Shown here: piece after piece, positions 34,998-38,439 of the stretch
Layout of the letters: every line of letters begins with the position of its first letter
Position numbering within the stretch: position 1 is the stretch's first letter
From: an uncultured Anaerolineaceae bacterium
Lineage (GTDB): Bacteria; Chloroflexota; Anaerolineae; Aggregatilineales; UBA2796
Direction: 5' to 3'
DNA length: 38,439 nt
Assembly: GCA_964432445.1 (NCBI GenBank)
Contig: CAYSOC010000048.1
Coordinates: 1 to 38,439 of the forward strand
Position numbers and translations under genes: made by a program
Notes under the pieces: generated by a model
The model's database searches: none
What the model was told of the DNA's origin: nothing
What the model saw: the letters and a program-made list of their open reading frames with translations, nothing else

Positions 34998-35867
34998 ATG
35001 AATGTGGATCGTGTGCATCCCGATTGCCGGGAGTTTGTGAACGTTATTGAAGAGCTTCTGAAGCGTCGTCAGCAGGAGGGTGTCCAACGCTGGACGCAGG
35101 ACGACTGGGGGCCGCGTACATGGACACGCACCGAACTTGAGGATATGGTGTATAGCAGCTATAAGCGGATGCGTCAGGGGGATGTGACGCGCCCGCCACG
35201 CCGTTCTGTCGTGATGGATATTGCCGATTATCTGAACTGTACGCTGGAAGAACGAAACCGCTTGCTCATGGCGGCACATACTGCGCCCATTTCACCATAT
35301 TTCACAGGGCAGCGGCTGGAAAAACTGCTACAGGTGACGATAGAAGCCGCGCAACACCTGGATGTTCCGGTGATTATCATCAACCGTGACTGGCATATTC
35401 ATTATATGAATGAGCAAGCATTGACACTGAACGCGATCACCTTTGAAGAAGTTGCCAGGATTCCACCGGAACGTCTGAATTTCCTGCGCCTGATGTTCGA
35501 TCCCGAATTGCCGCTCTATCCCAACCTTGCGCGGAATCGTGTCACATGGACGCGCATGGCACGCCAGACCATTTACGGTTTCAAGATGGCGAATGTATTG
35601 TGTCAATTCGAGGATTGGTATCAAAATCTGGTACAGGAATTTATGAGCCTGCCAGAGTTTGCGGCGCACTGGAACTCTGTGAATATTGATTTGCCTTTTG
35701 AGCATGATCAGAGCGCGCGAAACCTTCCCGAAGCAGTAACAGTAGAATTGACTTCAAGCCACGAACAACTCTGGTTGCGTCCATTGGTTATTTCCGCTGG
35801 CTATTTCCAGTTCGATTTCCCGCAAATTCTGGCGTTCCTGCCTGCTGATAGCACCGCTCTCCCCTGA
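34998..35867 (+). CDS. Putative MmyB-like transcriptional regulator (N-terminal HTH-like region + PAS-like ligand-binding domain)
   Basis: VVMDIADYLNCTLEERNRLLMAAH resembles the end of the MmyB N-terminal HTH (xLDEAERAHLFDLAR). The downstream segment (PVIIINRDWHIHYMNEQALTL) resembles the MmyB C-terminal domain. This is weak, pattern-based evidence. Confidence 0.35.
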   Translation: MNVDRVHPDCREFVNVIEELLKRRQQEGVQRWTQDDWGPRTWTRTELEDMVYSSYKRMRQGDVTRPPRRSVVMDIADYLNCTLEERNRLLMAAHTAPISPYFTGQRLEKLLQVTIEAAQHLDVPVIIINRDWHIHYMNEQALTLNAITFEEVARIPPERLNFLRLMFDPELPLYPNLARNRVTWTRMARQTIYGFKMANVLCQFEDWYQNLVQEFMSLPEFAAHWNSVNIDLPFEHDQSARNLPEAVTVELTSSHEQLWLRPLVISAGYFQFDFPQILAFLPADSTALP

Positions 35868-35936
35868 AACCGGACATTTTGTCCTTTGATGGGGGCTTAT
35901 ACTGTCAGGTATCTCTATCAGAGAAATGGAAAAGCT

Positions 35937-36716
35937 ATGTCAACCAAAAATGTGTTGTTCATTCACGGTTTGTTTGTAACCCATCATTGCTGGGATGCGT
36001 GGGTCAGTTGCTATGAAGCGAAGGGCTACACCTGCCGTACTATCTCCTATCCAGGACGCGATAAAACCGCTGCGGAGTTGCGCGCCAAACCCGATCCGAA
36101 TCTGGCGAATGTCACGCTGGATGAGATTGTGGAGGTTTGCAGGAGAGCGGCACAATCTTTCGATACACCGCCGATCATTATTGGACATTCGATGGGTGGC
36201 CTATTCACGCAAATAATGAATAATCAGGGATATGGTGCGGCAGGCATAGCGATAGATTCCGCACCACCACGCGGCATACTACCAATATCATATTCATTTT
36301 TGCGCGCGAATTTCCCGGTTTTAAATCCGCTTGTCTCGGATTCCCGTCCACATACAATGTCATTCCCCGCTTTTCAGTATGCTTTCGTGAACGGGATGCC
36401 GCTTGAGGAACAGCGCGCAGCATACGATACACACGTCGTATCAGAATCGCTCAAGATTCCACGCGGAGCGCTATCCTCGAAAAATGCCTTGCTTGATTTC
36501 AAGAAATCGCGTGCGCCGTTACTCCTGATCGCTGGCGAAATTGATCACATCATTCCGGCCTCGCTCAACAAAACAAATTACGCGCGCTACAAGGATTCGC
36601 CCAGCGTCACAGATTTCAAGGAATTTGCGGGGCGCAACCACTGGATCATCGCGCAAAAGGGATGGGAAGAAGTCGCTGATTACGCACTGAACTGGGCAGA
36701 AAAACAAAAAATCTGA
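35937..36716 (+). CDS. Alpha/beta hydrolase
   Basis: VLFIHGLF, the nucleophile elbow GHSMGG, and a C-terminal His (GRNHW). I place the start at MSTKN. The long ORF opens at 35886. Confidence 0.65.
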   Translation: MSTKNVLFIHGLFVTHHCWDAWVSCYEAKGYTCRTISYPGRDKTAAELRAKPDPNLANVTLDEIVEVCRRAAQSFDTPPIIIGHSMGGLFTQIMNNQGYGAAGIAIDSAPPRGILPISYSFLRANFPVLNPLVSDSRPHTMSFPAFQYAFVNGMPLEEQRAAYDTHVVSESLKIPRGALSSKNALLDFKKSRAPLLLIAGEIDHIIPASLNKTNYARYKDSPSVTDFKEFAGRNHWIIAQKGWEEVADYALNWAEKQKI

Positions 36717-36723
36717 GGGAGCG

Positions 36724-36752
36724 GGCAGGGCAGATTCGCTATTTGCCCTGCC
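36724..36752. terminator. 9-bp GC stem-loop GGCAGGGCA-N11-TGCCCTGCC at the convergent gene ends (overlaps the last codons of the EEP gene)
   Basis: Perfect inverted repeat 8 nt after the hydrolase stop. There is no U tract. Confidence 0.35.
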
Positions 36753-37551
36753 ATAACAAACGCAGCTTTATCCCTTTGTGATCGGATAAGTAGAACCTCT
36801 GACCTCCTTCTGCTTGATGTTTCTCCTCAAACATCAGGCAACTCTCAATAGTCAATGACCCTTTGATAGAATCTGGCGCTCGAAACAGAATGAAATCTAT
36901 CGGGGCTGCGTAACGGGCAGGCATCCCGGATAAAGGGCGAAAGGTAGGCCGCAGATCGCCTGCAAGCGCGTCGGTCAAACCACTCTTTGCTAAAAATTGT
37001 TCCGAGAGCCAACTACCACGCGGGATATTGAAATCTCCCGTAACGAGTACCAGACATTCCTCCGGCTGTGTGTGGACCAGCCCCGCAAGTTGTTGCAATT
37101 GTTCCCATTCGTGGAGGGCAAACCGATTGGCGGGCGACCAATCCCCGGTGTAGTTGGCTGTGAGATGTGTATTCATCACCACGATAGGCAAATCACCATA
37201 TTGGATATGAGAAACAAGAATTCCCTTGTGAAGTATCCAATCCGCAATTGCCGGCGTGTACCATAACCCCCGCTCATTATAGAGCGTGAATCGGGATTGA
37301 TGAATTGGATGTCGACTCAGCGTAAGCAATCCTCCTTTTGGGGCATGAACGAAACTGCGATAGGAATGATAAAGGTAGCCCGTACAGGCTTTAAGCAGCA
37401 GGCGTCGATAGGGATTTGCCTGAACTTCCTGCAAGCAAACAACATCGGCATCGAGATCGTTTAGGACGCGACTCAGCGCAAATAGCCGCCGCCGCGTGGA
37501 GGGCATCGGTACGCCAAAACAATTCAAAGTCAGGATCGTAAAACTATTCAT
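36739..37551 (-). CDS. Endonuclease/exonuclease/phosphatase (EEP) family protein
   Basis: N-terminal ILTLNCFG...VVCLQEV, and internal TGDFN and SDH motifs typical of EEP (sphingomyelinase/CCR4-type) phosphoesterases. Confidence 0.7.
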   Translation of the reverse strand: MNSFTILTLNCFGVPMPSTRRRLFALSRVLNDLDADVVCLQEVQANPYRRLLLKACTGYLYHSYRSFVHAPKGGLLTLSRHPIHQSRFTLYNERGLWYTPAIADWILHKGILVSHIQYGDLPIVVMNTHLTANYTGDWSPANRFALHEWEQLQQLAGLVHTQPEECLVLVTGDFNIPRGSWLSEQFLAKSGLTDALAGDLRPTFRPLSGMPARYAAPIDFILFRAPDSIKGSLTIESCLMFEEKHQAEGGQRFYLSDHKGIKLRLLWQGK

Positions 37552-37646
37552 AGTATTGGATATAGCAAATCGGGTTTCTTTTGCCGAATATGGGCTGGAC
37601 TGGAATCAGTGTCCTATAATCTGACCAAACGAATAGAGAAATCCTT

Positions 37647-38357
37647 TTGAAAAATTCTACAAATGGGGATTTGTTGCGTTATTTGCTGTGGCTGGCGGTT
37701 GCGGAAACCGCTTATGAAAACCGACAGCTATATCATATGGCGACTACCTGGTTGCCACATCTTGCCACCAACACACTCTCGCTGCTGCTCCCGGATTTGT
37801 TTCGGCTGATTACCCCATCGGAATCCAAAATTGATGATGCCAACGGGAATAATCCGACGGACATTCAAATGGTCGAGCAAGCCGTCATAGCAATGGTGCG
37901 TGATAATCCAAATTATGCGGGCTATGTTGCGCCGCTGGCACTTGGATATATCCTTTCCCATCCTCGATTTAATATTTACAAGGGGAAAATGGCAGAGTTA
38001 CGTATTGCCGGACTTGGGTTAGACGCTTTACCACATGCCGCAACTGCATACGGGTTGGTTGCGCTGGTTGCGGATACAGCAGATACTGCTGAGAAGATAG
38101 TGCCTCGTAAAAATAAATTTCGACCTCTAATTGATTGGGTAGCGCGGCATCCTGGCATTTTTACCGGAATTGTCCTGACTGTTGTGACGTTGTTTTGGGA
38201 AACCAGTGAATATCGGGTTCATCAGCACGAACTCAAGTTACGCGGGGATATCACTAAAATCAACATGCAATGGAGCATAGAAGATACAATTCGAGACTGT
38301 ATCGCCAATGCACTTGGTTGGTTAGTGGCGATGGTTATTCGGAGTTGGCGCAGATAG
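37647..38357 (+). CDS. Hypothetical protein with one predicted TM helix
   Basis: A 236-aa ORF with consistent coding appearance, one hydrophobic helix (GIFTGIVLTVVTLFW), and no recognisable motifs. Confidence 0.4.
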   Translation: MKNSTNGDLLRYLLWLAVAETAYENRQLYHMATTWLPHLATNTLSLLLPDLFRLITPSESKIDDANGNNPTDIQMVEQAVIAMVRDNPNYAGYVAPLALGYILSHPRFNIYKGKMAELRIAGLGLDALPHAATAYGLVALVADTADTAEKIVPRKNKFRPLIDWVARHPGIFTGIVLTVVTLFWETSEYRVHQHELKLRGDITKINMQWSIEDTIRDCIANALGWLVAMVIRSWRR

Positions 38358-38439
38358 ACAACCCATTAAACGGTTGGCAACTTGAATAGCCGTTCGGCGT
38401 TTGCCGTCGTTTGTTCTGCGATGTTTTCCAGTGTAGTCA

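Noticed and set aside
1-38439. CRISPR arrays, rRNA genes, integrase/transposase genes
   Set aside because: I found no regularly spaced direct repeats, no rRNA-like conserved stretches, and no ORF with recombinase or transposase motifs (DDE, tyrosine recombinase R-H-R-Y). The only repeat family is the short hairpin element described above.

Overview
This is a 38.4-kb chromosomal segment of about 55-58% GC. I could not determine the taxon from sequence alone. The gene content (giant Ser/Thr-kinase-WD40 proteins, a Uma2 endonuclease, Trx-NHL, GC-rich hairpin repeats, weak SD usage) fits a Chloroflexota- or cyanobacteria-like environmental bacterium. There are about 33 protein-coding genes on both strands. 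I found no rRNA, tRNA or CRISPR.

Coding content:
- a partial FGE-sulfatase-domain ORF at the 5' edge;
- a Tat-secreted ferritin-like protein;
- a 1,542-aa kinase-NTPase-TM-WD40 signalling protein;
- a three-gene co-directional cluster whose first gene I read as a homologue of the eukaryotic major vault protein (MVP), followed by an APH-like small-molecule kinase and a GT4 glycosyltransferase that is translationally coupled to it;
- an M23 peptidase fused to a clan-GH-A glycosidase-like domain;
- a thioredoxin-NHL (NHLRC2-like) protein;
- a GH63-like six-hairpin glycosidase;
- two tandem trypsin-like (HtrA-family) proteases;
- an M20 peptidase and a long-form deoC;
- an AT-rich two-gene islet (Uma2 endonuclease plus a GNAT-like ORF);
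- a roughly 800-aa tandem aldehyde dehydrogenase;
- a TetR-ABC efflux operon;
- an MmyB-like regulator with an alpha/beta hydrolase.

Non-coding features: a 20-bp GC-rich hairpin repeat present three times (two copies bracket the M20-peptidase/deoC spacer), several stem-loops at convergent gene ends, and a 7-3-7 palindrome in front of the ferritin-like gene.

Every assignment rests on motif and domain recognition by eye. I ran no database searches.
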